A program made the translations under genes and the position numbers. Positions 15,001 to 41,845 of a stretch of DNA of 64,000 nt are shown here, piece by piece (the stretch's first letter is position 1; every line of letters begins with the position of its first letter). The notes under the pieces were generated by a model, which ran no database searches, was not told the origin of the DNA, and saw only the letters and a list, made by a program, of their open reading frames with translations. The stretch is taken from NCBI GenBank assembly GCA_040954595.2, contig CM082580.2, positions 6,579,519 through 6,643,518 on the forward strand. The letters run 5' to 3'. The DNA is from Balanoglossus misakiensis (Eukaryota > Animalia > Hemichordata).

Positions 15001-16860
15001 TCAAAAAATGACCAAATTTTGAAATTTCGTTAAGTCGAAAAATTGACATTTCTGGATGATTTTCATGAGCCATAACCCATGGTTTTTATCAAAAAATGAC
15101 CAAATTTTGAAATTTCGTTAAGTCGAAAAATTGACATTTCTGGATGATTTTCATGAGCTATAACCCATGGTTTTTATCAAAAAATGACCAAATTTTGAAA
15201 TTTCGTTAAGTCGAAAAATTGACATTTCTGGATGATTTTCATGAGCTATAACCCATGGTTTTTATCAAAAAATGACCAAATTTTGAAATTTCGTTAAGTC
15301 GAAAAATTGACATTTCTGGATGATTTTCATGAGCTATAACCCATGGTTTTTATCAAAAAATGACCAAATTTTGAAATTTCGTTAAGTCGAAAAATTGACA
15401 TTTCTGGATGATTTTCATGAGCTATAACCCATGGTTTTTATCAAAAAATGACCAAATTTTGAAATTTCGTTAAGTCGAAAAATTGACATTTCTGGATGAT
15501 TTTCATGAGCTATAACCCATGGTTTTTATCAAAAAATGACCAAATTTTGAAATTTCGTTAAGTCGAAAAATTGACATTTCTGGATGATTTTCATGAGCTA
15601 TAACCCATGGTTTTTATCAAAAAATGACCAAATTTTGAAATTTCGTTAAGTCGAAAAATTGACATTTCTGGATGATTTTCATGAGCTATAACCCATGGTT
15701 TTTATCAAAAAATGACCAAATTTTGAAATTTCGTTAAGTCGAAAAATTGACATTTCTGGATGATTTTCATGAGCTATAACCCATGGTTTTTATCAAAAAA
15801 TGACCAAATTTTGAAATTTCGTTAAGTCGAAAAATTGACATTTCTGGATGATTTTCATGAGCTATAACCCATGGTTTTTATCAAAAAATGACCAAATTTT
15901 GAAATTTCGTTAAGTCGAAAAATTGACATTTCTGGATGATTTTCATGAGCTATAACCCATGGTTTTTATCAAAAAATGACCAAATTTTGAAATTTCGTGA
16001 AGTCGAAAATTCGACATTTCTGGATGATTTTCATGAGCTATAACCCATGGTTTTTATCAAAAAATGACCAAATTTTGAAATTTCGCGAAGTCGAAAAATT
16101 GACATTTCTGGATGATTTTCATGAGCTATAACCCATGGTTTTTATCAAAAAATGACCAAATTTTGAAATTTCGTTAAGTCGAAAAATTGACATTTCTGGA
16201 TGATTTTCATGAGCTATAACCCATGGTTTTTATCAAAAAATGACCAAATTTTGAAATTTCGCGAAGTCGAAAAATTGACATTTCTGGATGATTTTCATGA
16301 GCTATAACCCATGGTTTTTATCAAAAAATGACCAAATTTTGAAATTTCGTTAAGTCGAAAAATTCACATTTCTGGATGATTTTCATGAGCTATAACCCAT
16401 GGTTTTTATCAAAAAATGACCAAATTTTGAAATTTCGTTAAGTCGAAAAATTGACATTTCTGGATGATTTTCATGAGCTATAACCCATGGTTTTTATCAA
16501 AAAATGACCAAATTTTGAAATTTCGTTAAGTCGAAAAATTGACATTTCTGGATGATTTTCATGAGCTATAACCCATAGTTTTTATCAAAAAATGACCAAA
16601 TTTTGAAATTTCGTTAAGTCGAAAAATTGACATTTCTGGATGATTTTCATGAGCTATAACCCATGGTTTTTATCAAAAAATGACCAAATTTTGAAATTTC
16701 GTTAAGTCGAAAAATTGACATTTCGGGATGACTTTCATGAGCTATAACCCATGGTTTTTATCAAAAAATGACCAAATTTTGAAATTTCGCGAAGTCGAAA
16801 ATTCGACATTTCTGGATGATTTTCATGAGCTGTAACCCATGGTTTTTATCAAAAAATGAC
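1..16860 (+). repeat. 88-bp satellite DNA tandem array, homogeneous zone (~190 copies in window; continues beyond left edge)
   Basis: Consensus attttcatgagctataacccatggtttttatcaaaaaatgaccaaattttgaaatttcgttaagtcgaaaaattgacatttctggatg. The motif gttaagtc recurs at 61 and 149 (88 bp), and sequence lines repeat every 1320 bp (15 x 88). Variants are rare (cgtta/cgcga, aattg/attcg, +2 ta insertions near 11, 6440, 8553, 9083, 11197). Confidence 0.99.
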
Positions 16861-19094
16861 CAAATTTTGAGATTTCTCGAAGTCGAAAAATTGTCGATTC
16901 TGGATGAGTTTCATGGGCTATAACCCATGGTTTTTTCGAAAAAATGAAAAAATTTGGAAATTTCGCAAAGTCGAAAAATCGTCGATTCTGGATGATTTTC
17001 ATGGGCTATAACCCATGGTTTTTATCAAAAAATGACCAAATTTTCATAATTCGCAAAGTCGAAAAATCGTCGATTCTGGATGATTTTCATGGGCTATAAC
17101 CCATGGTTTTTATCAAAAAATGACCAAATTTTCATAATTCGCAAAGTCGAAAAATCGTCGATTCTGGATGATTTTCATAGGCTATAACCCATGCTTTTTA
17201 ACAAAAAATGACCAAATTTTCATAATTCGCAAAGTCGAAAAATCGTCGATTCTGGATGATTTTCATGGGCTATAACCCATGGTTTTTTCGAAAAAATGAA
17301 AAAATTTGGAAATTTCGCAAAGTCGAAAAATCGTCGATTCTGGATGATTTTCATGGGCTATAACCCATGGTTTTTATCAAAAAATGACCAAATTTTCATA
17401 ATTCGCAAAGTCGAAAAATAGTCGATTCTGGATGATTTTCATGGGCTATAACCCATGGTTTTTATCAAAAAATGACCAAATTTTGAAATTTCGCGAAGTC
17501 GAAAAATCGACATTTCTGGATGATTTTCATTAGCTATAACCCATGGTTTTTATGAAAAAATGACCAAATTTTCATATTTCGCAAAGTCGAAAAATCGTCG
17601 ATTCTGGATGATTTTCATGGGCTATAACCCATCGTTTTTTCGAAAAAATGAAAAAAATTTGAAATTTCGCGAAGTCGAAAAATCGTCGATTCTGGATGAT
17701 TTTCATGGGCTATAACCCATGGTTTTTATCAAAAAATGACCAAATTTTCATAATTCGCAAAGTCGAAAAATCGTCGATTCTGGATGATTTTCATGGGCTA
17801 TAACCCATGGTTTTTATCAAAAAATGACCAAATTTTCATAATTCGCAAAGTCGAAAAATCGTCGATTCTGGATGATTTTCATGGGCTATAACCCATGCTT
17901 TTTAACAAAAAATGACCAAATTTTCATAATTCGCAAAGTCGAAAAATCGTCGATTCTGGATGATTTTCATGGGCTATAACCCATGGTTTTTATCAAAAAA
18001 TGACCAAATTTTGAAATTTCGCGAAGTCGAAAAATCGACATTTCTGGATGATTTTCATTAGCTATAACCCATGGTTTTTATGAAAAAATGACCAAATTTT
18101 CATATTTCGCAAAGTCGAAAAATCGTCGATTCTGGATGATTTTCATGGGCTATAACCCATGGTTTTTTCGAAAAAATGAAAAAATTTGGAAATTTCGCAA
18201 AGTCGAAAAATCGTCGATTCTGGATGATTTTCATGGGCTATAACCCATGGTTTTTATCAAAAAATGACCAAATTTTCATAATTCGCAAAGTCGAAAAATC
18301 GTCGATTCTGGATGATTTTCATGGGCTATAACCCATGGTTTTTATCAAAAAATGACCAAATTTTCATAATTCGCAAAGTCGAAAAATCGTCGATTCTGGA
18401 TGATTTTCATGGGCTATAACCCATATTTTGTATCAAAAAATGAAGAAATTTTGAAATTTCGCAAAGTCGAAAAATCGTCGATTCTGGATGATTTTCATGG
18501 GCTATAACCCATGGTTTTTTCGAAAAAATGAAGAAATTTTGAAATTTCGCAAAGTCGAAAAATCGTCGATTCTGGATGATTTTCATGGGCTATAACCCAT
18601 GGTTTTTATCAAAAAATGACCAAATTTTCATAATTCGCAAAGTCGAAAAATCGTCGATTCTGGATGATTTTCATGGGCTATAACCCATGGTTTTTATCAA
18701 AAAATGACCAAATTTTCATAATTCGCAAAGTCGAAAAATCGTCGATTCTGGATGATTTTCATGGGCTATAACCCATAGTTTTTATCAAAAAATGAAGAAA
18801 TTTTGAAATTTCGCAAAGTCGAAAAATCGTCGATTCTGGATGATTTTCATGGGCTATAACCCATAGTTTTTATCAAAAAATGACCAAATTTTGAAATTTC
18901 GTCAAGTCGAAAAATGGTCATTTTTTCATGATTTTCATGAGCTATAACCCATGATTTTTGTCAGAAAATGAAGAAATTTTGAAATTTTGCAAAGTCGAAA
19001 AATGGTCATTTTTTCATGATTTTCATGAGCTATAACCCATGATTTTTGTCAGAAAATGAAGAAATTTTGAAAATTCGAAAAGTCGAAAAATCGT
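16861..19094 (+). repeat. Diverged (older) layer of the same 88-bp satellite, ~25 copies
   Basis: Same period and orientation, but with shared diagnostic variants aaaatcgtcgattctgg, catgggctata, ttttcataattcgcaaag. The last copies (18900-19090) form a third variant, aaaatggtcattttttcatg / atttttgtcagaaaatgaag. Confidence 0.95.
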
Positions 19095-19821
19095 CATGGG
19101 TTATAGTTCATGAAAATCTACAGTGAGACAAAGTCACGACTTTGCAAACTTTTGATGATTTGGTCATTTTTGAACATTTTTCATGTGTTATAGCTATAGA
19201 GAGACAAATTCACGATTTTGCAAACTTTTGATGATTTGGTCATTTTTGGACATATGTTATAGCTCATGAAAATCTCCAGAGACACAAATTCTCGACTTTG
19301 TAAACTTTTGATGATTTGGTCATTTTTGGAATGTTTTCATGGGTTATAGCTCATGATAATCTTCAGAGAGACAAATTCTCGACTTTGCAAATTTTTGATG
19401 ATTTGGTCATTTTTGGACATTTTTCATGGGTTATAGCTCATGAAAATCATCAAAAAATGACCATTTTTCGACTTTGCGAATTTTCAAAATTTCTTCATTT
19501 TTTGACAAAAATCATGGGTTATAGCTTATGAAAATCATCAGAGAGACAAATTCACGACTTTGCAAACGTTTGATGATTTGGTCATTCTTGGACATTTTTC
19601 ATGGGTTATAGCTCATGAAAATCTTCAAAGAGACAAATTCACGACTTTGCGAACTTTTGATGATTTGCTCATTTTCGGACATTTTTCATGGGTTATAGCT
19701 CACGAAAATCTTAAGAGAGACAAATTCTCGACTTTACAAACTCTTGTTGATTTGGTCATTTTTAGACAGTTTTCATGGGTGATAGCTCATGATAATCTTC
19801 AGAGAGACAAATTCTCGACTT
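19095..19821 (-). repeat. Inverted block of ~8 satellite monomers, mostly an 87-bp subfamily
   Basis: catgggttatagctcatgaaaatc (reverse complement of gattttcatgagctataacccatg) occurs at 19095, 19338, 19425, 19513, 19600, 19687 and 19774. Spacing is 87-88 bp from 19338 onward; the two intervening copies carry deletions. Confidence 0.93.
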
Positions 19822-21749
19822 GTACGTCACGGTATTGTGCGTTCGAAGCCCAAACGTACAGAACCTAATACGCGTTTGATGTTTATTGTTCATACTATAA
19901 ACAACACACAAATACTGGGCTATATTTTAGATAGATCGCTTGTCACTGATTTCTCAGCGAATGTTAGATTCTGAGAAACTGTTGTCGGAGAACCCCTTTC
20001 AGAGAACACTGTACTAGCTGCTGCAGTAGTGATGAATGTTATGACGCCCTCAGCGACGTACTCAAAAGTTTGTCCCTCCCTTCGCTTCCTATTAAAATCA
20101 CTAATTCGGATTAGGAGCTCAGCTACTTGGATGCATTGCGGGGGAGGGGGCCTGATTAACTATCAAGTCAGGAAAAAATATTTTTACGTGGCGTTCATAC
20201 TGTGGTATTGGTATATCTAATTTTGGAGGACAGGGAATTCAAATTTAATTTACATGTTTAGTTTTGGCGACCAGAGTATATCTCACAAGAATCAACTAAA
20301 TTGGATTGAACTTCGCAGGTACGTTGATCATTTGAGTGCGTAGTTTGCAAACTGCTACCTCATTTATACCTTCGACAATTTTTTCGCCCTTCTCGGCTTC
20401 AGTAGTGTACATGAATACGTTTACTTGGAAAAGCTCAGCAAGGTTACAGACTTTGGATTTGTGGCAACTTTTGACGTACTGTTGAACATTTTAACAAATT
20501 TAAAAAACAGGTCAAACTTCCAGAATTTGTCTCCATGTCCACAGGTGATCTTTCGCCTACTTTTGAATTTCCTGAGCGTCAGTAGAAAGCAAATACCAAG
20601 GTCTCAGTTGCTATGGCCAATTACGGAACAGTATTAGTTTTGCCAAAGTTGTGACGATGTTTCACCGTCTATAATGGTTGTAAACCTGACGCTGTTCGAG
20701 TCTCAATGGGACAACAGAGTTTTCTACTAATTAACAGGCCGACCTTTGACCTTACCTGTTTTAATAATCTCAATATCAGGACAGTGTTGGGGTAATAAAA
20801 TGATACAGACACAAGAATTTCATTTTAATAAAGTTCATTGGAAATTTTAATTTCAATGTTTTGAAACCACAAACAGAAGAGGATGCATGTATACAGTATT
20901 CTGTATACTTACAATTTGTAAAAAGGAGCAAGTACATAATTTCTGTGAAGCTCAAACAAATTTCGTTAGTAAATTGTAAACATCAATGGAAACACTTTTG
21001 TCATTAGATGTTAGGTGGTCACTGCAGACTGCCAGTAACAGTTACAGCTGCATCGCGGAAAATGGACACTTCGTCCTCAGCTTGGTTGCCGGATACCCAT
21101 CTCGTCCCTGCATCTGCAAATCAAGTAATGTAGAAATGAATGTCTATAATACCCATGGACATGAAACAAAGCATGATCACCACTGTACGCCAATTGTTGT
21201 TCATTCGCAGATGGTACATCATATGCAAATCTGTATGGCTGCCTAGAATTTCAATCTCTATTTGGCATCTTGATTTATTGTACTTGGTTGAACCGACAAC
21301 TCCTGGACATTGTGAACAAACACCCCACCCACACACACACCCCTGCCATGCAATGTCTCTGTCATTGCTTCAGTTTTCTTTCCCACAATTCTTACCTTCC
21401 CACAACCATGCAGTAATCTCTTGACATCAATCACACAGGCTGGCAATCATCTTAGCATCATCTATGGGATCCCTGGAATAAATGAAAAGTAATAGTAAAT
21501 TGAATGTCTCCTACAAAGATGGCGGACATGTTTGTGCCACAACAAAATGGCCACCCCATGCATCTGGCAGTCAGGTCGGTTTTCAAACATTGAATTGACA
21601 TCCACATATAGTACCGGGTAAGTATTGTTACATGCAGGTTTGTGCAAAATCAGTTCGCTTGACTGGGTAACAGCACCAGTCTGAATCGAAAAAAAAATCA
21701 AAATGGCCACCATGAATCGCTTTGTCAAACCTTGCTTGAAACCTGTGGT

Positions 21750-22205
21750 CTTCGTTCAGCCATTGAACATACTGCCCTTACCGCACCCAGCTCTACTGCT
21801 GCATGGCAAAAATAACTAGTCACTTAGGCCCAAGCTTGGTTGGTGAATACCATTATGAGTTGATCTCGTCTCTGGATCTGCAAAACAAGCAAATGGAGTG
21901 AGTGTCTGCAATATTCATGATCGTTCAGCCATGGAACATACCTGCCCTTACCTCACCCAAGCTCTACTGCTGCATGGCAAAAATAACTAGTCACTTAGGC
22001 CCAAGCTTGGTTGGTGAATACCATTATGAGTTGATCTCGTCTCTGGATCTGCAAAACAAGCAAATGGAGTGAGTGTCTGTAATATTCATGATCGTTCAGC
22101 CATGGAAGATACCTGCCCTTACCTCACCCAGCTATACCGCTGCATGACGAAAACAACTCTGGTCTCTGCGTCTGCAAAACAAGCAAATAAAGTTAATGTC
22201 TGGAA
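21750..22205. repeat. ~170-bp tandem repeat, ~2.6 copies
   Basis: cgttcagcca...ctgcatggcaaaaataactagtcacttaggcccaagcttgg...ctgcaaaacaagcaaa starts at 21753, 21922 and 22093; the third copy is internally deleted. A partial diverged copy lies near 23113-23175. Confidence 0.92.
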
Positions 22206-22258
22206 AGTAAATACCTTATTTACCATAATAACAGACTAACAGAGACATACACACAAGC

Positions 22259-23025
22259 GAAGATGATCGGTACGGAAATAAACCACTCTCAGTTTTATCA
22301 ATACATGTATGTTTTCAATATTTTTTTTATTGAATAATGACGAAAGATAACAATTCTAAAAAAACTGTAGTAACTATATACACGAGGGGAAGATGATCGG
22401 TACGGAAATAAACCACTCTCAGTATTATGAGTGCGTGTATGTTTTTAATATTTTTTATTGAATAATGACGAAAGATAACAAATCTAACAAAACCTGTATT
22501 AACTATATACACGAGGGAAAGATGATCGGTACGGAAATAAACCACTCTCAGTTTTATCAATACATGTATGTTTTCAATATTTTTTTTATTGAATAATGAC
22601 GAAAGATAACAATTCTAAAAAAAACTGTAGTAACTATATACACGAGGGGAAGATGATCGGTACGGAAATAAACCACTCTCAGTATTATGAGTGCGTGTAT
22701 GTTTTTAATTTTTTTTTATTGAATAATGACGAAAGATAACAAATCTAAAAAAAAACTGTATTAACTATATTCACGAGGGGAAGATGATCGGTACGGAAAT
22801 AAACCACTCTCAGTTTTATCAATACACGTATGTTTTTAATATTTTTTATTGAATAATGACGAAAGATAACATATCTAAAAACTATTAACTATATACGCAC
22901 GCGCGAAGATGATCGGTACGGAAATAAACTACTCCCAGTATTATGAGTGCGTGTATGTTTTTAATTTTTTTATTGAATAATGATGAAAGATAACATATCT
23001 GAAAAAAACGCGTATTAATTATATT
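22259..23025. repeat. ~130-bp tandem repeat, 6 copies arranged as alternating A/B dimers
   Basis: agatgatcggtacggaaataaac occurs at 22261, 22391, 22520, 22651, 22782 and 22907. Copies 1, 3, 5 carry cagttttatcaatac and copies 2, 4, 6 carry cagtattatgagtgc. Confidence 0.95.
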
Positions 23026-24628
23026 AAACCAACAGTCTAAGGGATGGGACCCACCCGCACCGGGGATTTTATTTATGTATATATAACTTACTTGTTACGA
23101 AACTTCATCCACTGGTCTTCATTCAGCCATGGAACATACAAACGCTCACCTCATTGTAGTCTAGCTGCATGGCCCAAATATACCGTACAACTTACCGTAC
23201 ACTCATGCACACACGCATTCACAACAACGAGCACCTTTCGAAGCATTCAAAGCCGATGAACTTGTTGGTGCCGTAACAAAAATGACCCATACACCGAGCA
23301 TGTAGTCATGTTGGTTTCAAAACTTTCAAATGACATCCGCATATAGCATCCGTATTGTTGCATTTTTCAGGTTTGTTCAAAATCGGTGCGCTGAACTGGC
23401 TACCGGCACCAGTCAGAATCGTTGAAAGATCTTAAAAATTGCCCAAAATTTGGCTAATACCGCTTACTTGTACATCATGCTTGTAACATCATAGCATCCA
23501 CGTGGAACGTACAGGCAATATCCTGGCACAGTTACAGCTGCGTGGCTTGGTTGTTGAAATCCGGGCTTTCGATCTGCAAAACGAGGAAAGGAAGTGAATA
23601 GTCTATCCATAACCACGAAACCAAATATCTACCTTGGTCACCGTACGCCACAACTGTTGTTCATTCGCATATTGTACACCATACGCGACGGTAAAAATTT
23701 TAGGGCTTCGCTGACAGACACGTACCCCCAAAACCCCAGCCTGGCACTATCCACATTCACACATTTTCAATTTAAGGCCCACAGCCAAGCGGAACATATT
23801 AAACTTCAACAATTTTTTTGCAAATTCTTCACGGACACACACACAATAAAAACTGTTCCCAATGAAGCGTTTCGAAGTTATTTTGCTATTGACTGGTAGT
23901 ACATGTATAGTACAAAATTTGCATTCGCTCACAATTCGAAAACACGCTGACTACACGGGTACGTGAGCCCGCTGTCAATTCACCGAACCCGCTAGCAATT
24001 CGTTGTAGCCCCCTCCCCTTTCCCGAAAAACTACCTTTTTATGTGAAAAAAACATGCCGCCCACCAGTACAGCTATAACACCGACTTGTCTTAATTTGAT
24101 AAACCGCACATCTCAAGTTGAGTAACGCGAAAGGGTGGAATTTGTGAACTAAAACGCAGGGAAACGCTGACTCGAGCTGACGGTGACGTATCCAATTTTT
24201 CAATTCTGTGGTGTAAACGTCTCGCTTTTTAGTTGCTCGTAACTCGCCACAAAATAACCCATGTTTCTGTTTAAAAAATGAGTAAATGTGTCTACTTCTG
24301 TTACTTTACTTACCGCTGTCGTCGTGAAAACTATCCAGCGGAGAAACTCTGTTTTGGGACAGAGTTCTCCGCATCTTCTCGTGGTCCGTGCTGCAGCATG
24401 GCCGTCTGACTCTCTTATGAAAATGCACGGAAGGCTAGACGGAAATTTCCAAGTGGAGGTGGGCCAGGTGGCTCCAACCAATCAGCAGCGAAAACTTTGC
24501 TCTGGCGCGTCTTACGTCACGTCACGTGACCCGCGTCAAAAGTGCTGACACAGTTACATAACATCTTGTCAAATTCCATTCTTTTATTATTCATTTTAGC
24601 GCATCGTCATCCCACCTACTCTCTCTTA

Positions 24629-24785
24629 GGGACCGCTCAGTTTTTACGTCCTGGGGGACCGGCAAAATCCGGAGGGGGGGGCACTTAAATTTTGAAATCC
24701 AAAAGGGGGTCATCCTATTTTTCGAAACGTTTAGGGGCGGGGTCACATACTTTTGGCACCCCCCCCCCCCCCACCACCCGCGCAA
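24629..24785 (+). mobile_element. Possible solo end of a PIF/Harbinger-type MITE
   Basis: tta|gggaccgctcagtttttacg followed by repeated ggggg(g)tca/ggcac subterminal motifs. This resembles invertebrate MITE termini with a TWA target site, but no matching opposite end was found in the window. Confidence 0.3.
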
Positions 24786-26379
24786 CCAACCAAGGCCGAT
24801 ATGGGGTCTTAGCTTTAAGGTCTCATTCTACTCCCTCACAGCACGCTGTTGTTATTGATATCAATCCCGACTTAATTATTGAACGTTTTCTCTCTTTCCG
24901 TTGAAAGCCCGATTAATTAAACTCGTCGTGCTGATCCCAACCCTTGCTGGATTTCTTCCCCTCCCTTGATCGCTGAAATCCGCTGGCACGGCGCCCTCAC
25001 GGTTGAAACCTGAGATCCACAGGTGCCAAAGTGCTGGAGGTAGGCAGCTATGCGAGTCGAGGTTGGGGTCGCAAGTCTTATTGAAATCAGCTGTACCTGT
25101 GAGATGGACGCCTTCGACCCTACCGGCTACCCTGGATTCTCTGTTGTTTTCGCTCTGCCGTCGTCGCAAAGTGGGGGGGGGGGACGGGACTGCACCGAAA
25201 CTAGAAAAGAAAAGACTCATATGCAGCCAAGACAAAAAAATTTCAAGCCCCATGTGCTACAACTTTTGGGAAATCCTAGGCCTAAGTATGAGTGCATATG
25301 GAAGTTAACCAGATAAATAGTAAAGCTTCGAGACAAAGGAATATGGCCGCCACCGTAGGAAGACTCGTCATGATTCAGCAAAATTCGTAGCTTCTTTCAT
25401 TGTGAAATTCCCAGCCGGAAAAAATCTTTAACCGGCAGTAAAATAAACCGGCTTTGATATGTTAGACAAAAATAACAGCAATGCCTTTGAATTGGGTTTC
25501 AACAGTTTCTGGTGTCACAAGAGAATAATATTAATCGTTTGCACTTGTTGTTTGTACGAACAACCAGACCCGTTACCGTTGACTAAACGCGTGTATAGGA
25601 ATGTACATGTCCTATAATATACAGATATCACTGTTTGCTTTGAGGGGAGTGACTGAAAGTGTCCGTCCGAACGGACAATGAACAGCGGCGGCCAAAGACA
25701 GCCAGGACCTGATAAAAGTGACACCTCGTTCACGTGACCCGACCCGACAGAACGACCTTTTTAGCGTTCTGATCACACTGTACAGTAGAAACATCGCGTG
25801 CAAAGGAATCGGTTGCTGGCACAGATGCTAGTACCTGTCAGGTGAAAGTGACAGGCATGACTCGCGATACCAGCTCTCTTCGTATTCTTGACATTTTGAT
25901 GCCAATCGATCAAACTATTTTTTTTATATAAATAAAAAGTCAACGTTCGATTTTCAAATTGTTTCAGGGCTGTTGTTCTCATGATAATAATAATAATACA
26001 TTTCGATGTTTTTATTCAGTGTTTGTAAACAAAATTAACTGATATGATGTTCGATGACGGATTAAATCCAATCAGCAAGACTTGGTTACAGGTCGACCTG
26101 CTGTAGGGTCCATGGTCTAACTTAGGAAGGGGTCACAGACACGAATAAATATATGTTGGTTAGCGAAGACAGACGGCATGGGACAATACCTGATCGTGGT
26201 AAATATTTCTGTTGAAATAGACGTCTGCCAAAGACAAAAAGAGCGTAAACCCCATGCAACATAAAACACATATAAGTATGTGCACCTTTGAAGTTTGGTA
26301 AAGTGTTATAAAACCGACTTCATCAGACGCCCAAACCCCCACTCTTCCAAAGACGTTGTGCTATAACCGATCAAAAATT

Positions 26380-26796
26380 ATACCAAAGGAGGGCGGGACA
26401 CTTATCGGTCACACTATCTTAATGCCTGGGGCACTTTCTAACGCACGACATATTTATTGAAATAAAATAAACTGCGTTTACTGTCACTTTAATGTCAGCG
26501 AACTGTGACAGTCACCATGGCAACAATCTCGTAGCAATGTCACACGCCTGCATCCCCTCCCCCCGAGTCAGAGACGCGCGGTACAAAGCGAAATGCCAGG
26601 TGAACCGCCCACCATTCTACTTTCTCCGCTGGCTCTGATCGCATCTACGATAGTCAGCGTTGGTTTTACTTCAGTCTATCTCGCCACCCTTCTGATGGCC
26701 CAATCGACGTAGCGATAAATCGCGTTGCCCGTTTTCTCTGCACTTCATCGTACCTTTCCTTCTACGGTTGGAAACTTTCGCCAAGGACGCGAGACG
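26380..26796 (+). promoter_or_regulatory. Putative promoter and 5' UTR of receptor gene 1
   Basis: CpG-rich stretch directly upstream of the signal-peptide exon, with GC boxes (gggcggg ~26391, ccgcccc ~26605) and GATA-like sites. The sequence before the ATG (gccaaggacgcgagacgATG) resembles that of gene 2 (gccaagagagaagacgcgagATG). Confidence 0.45.

Positions 26797-41845
<15,049 letters not shown>

Larger units (their letters stand above)
20810..23900 (-). ncRNA. Putative spliced non-coding transcript or decayed gene built from duplicated exon-intron modules
   Basis: The minus strand has repeated acceptors (tttgcttgttttgcag at 22173, 22049, 21878; gttttgcag ~23574; gatttgcag ~21114; ttcatttattccag ~21473) and donors (gag|gtaagg at 22122 and 21951; gcg|gtaagg 21781; aag|gtaaga ~21395; caa|gtaagc ~23467). 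ATTAAA followed by a GT-rich tract lies near 20825. The repeated exon has stops in all three frames. There is no expression evidence. Confidence 0.35.

Noticed and set aside
1-19094. CRISPR-like regularly spaced repeats
   Set aside because: Units are contiguous and identical with no unique spacers, there are no cas genes, and the context is eukaryotic. This is satellite DNA.
19316-19868. ORFs with repeated FSWVIAHEN peptides
   Set aside because: They arise from translating the 87-bp (29-codon) inverted satellite monomers; no evidence of coding.
20139-24020. ggggagggggc at ~20141 and gccccctcccc at ~24008 as possible transposon TIRs
   Set aside because: The match is only ~11 low-complexity bases and does not extend into the flanks.
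24200-25316. Several 85-125 aa ORFs in a GC-richer stretch, plus a gtcacgtgac E-box
   Set aside because: Overlapping ORFs on both strands with no recognisable domain or consistent splice structure; a single motif is not enough to call a promoter.
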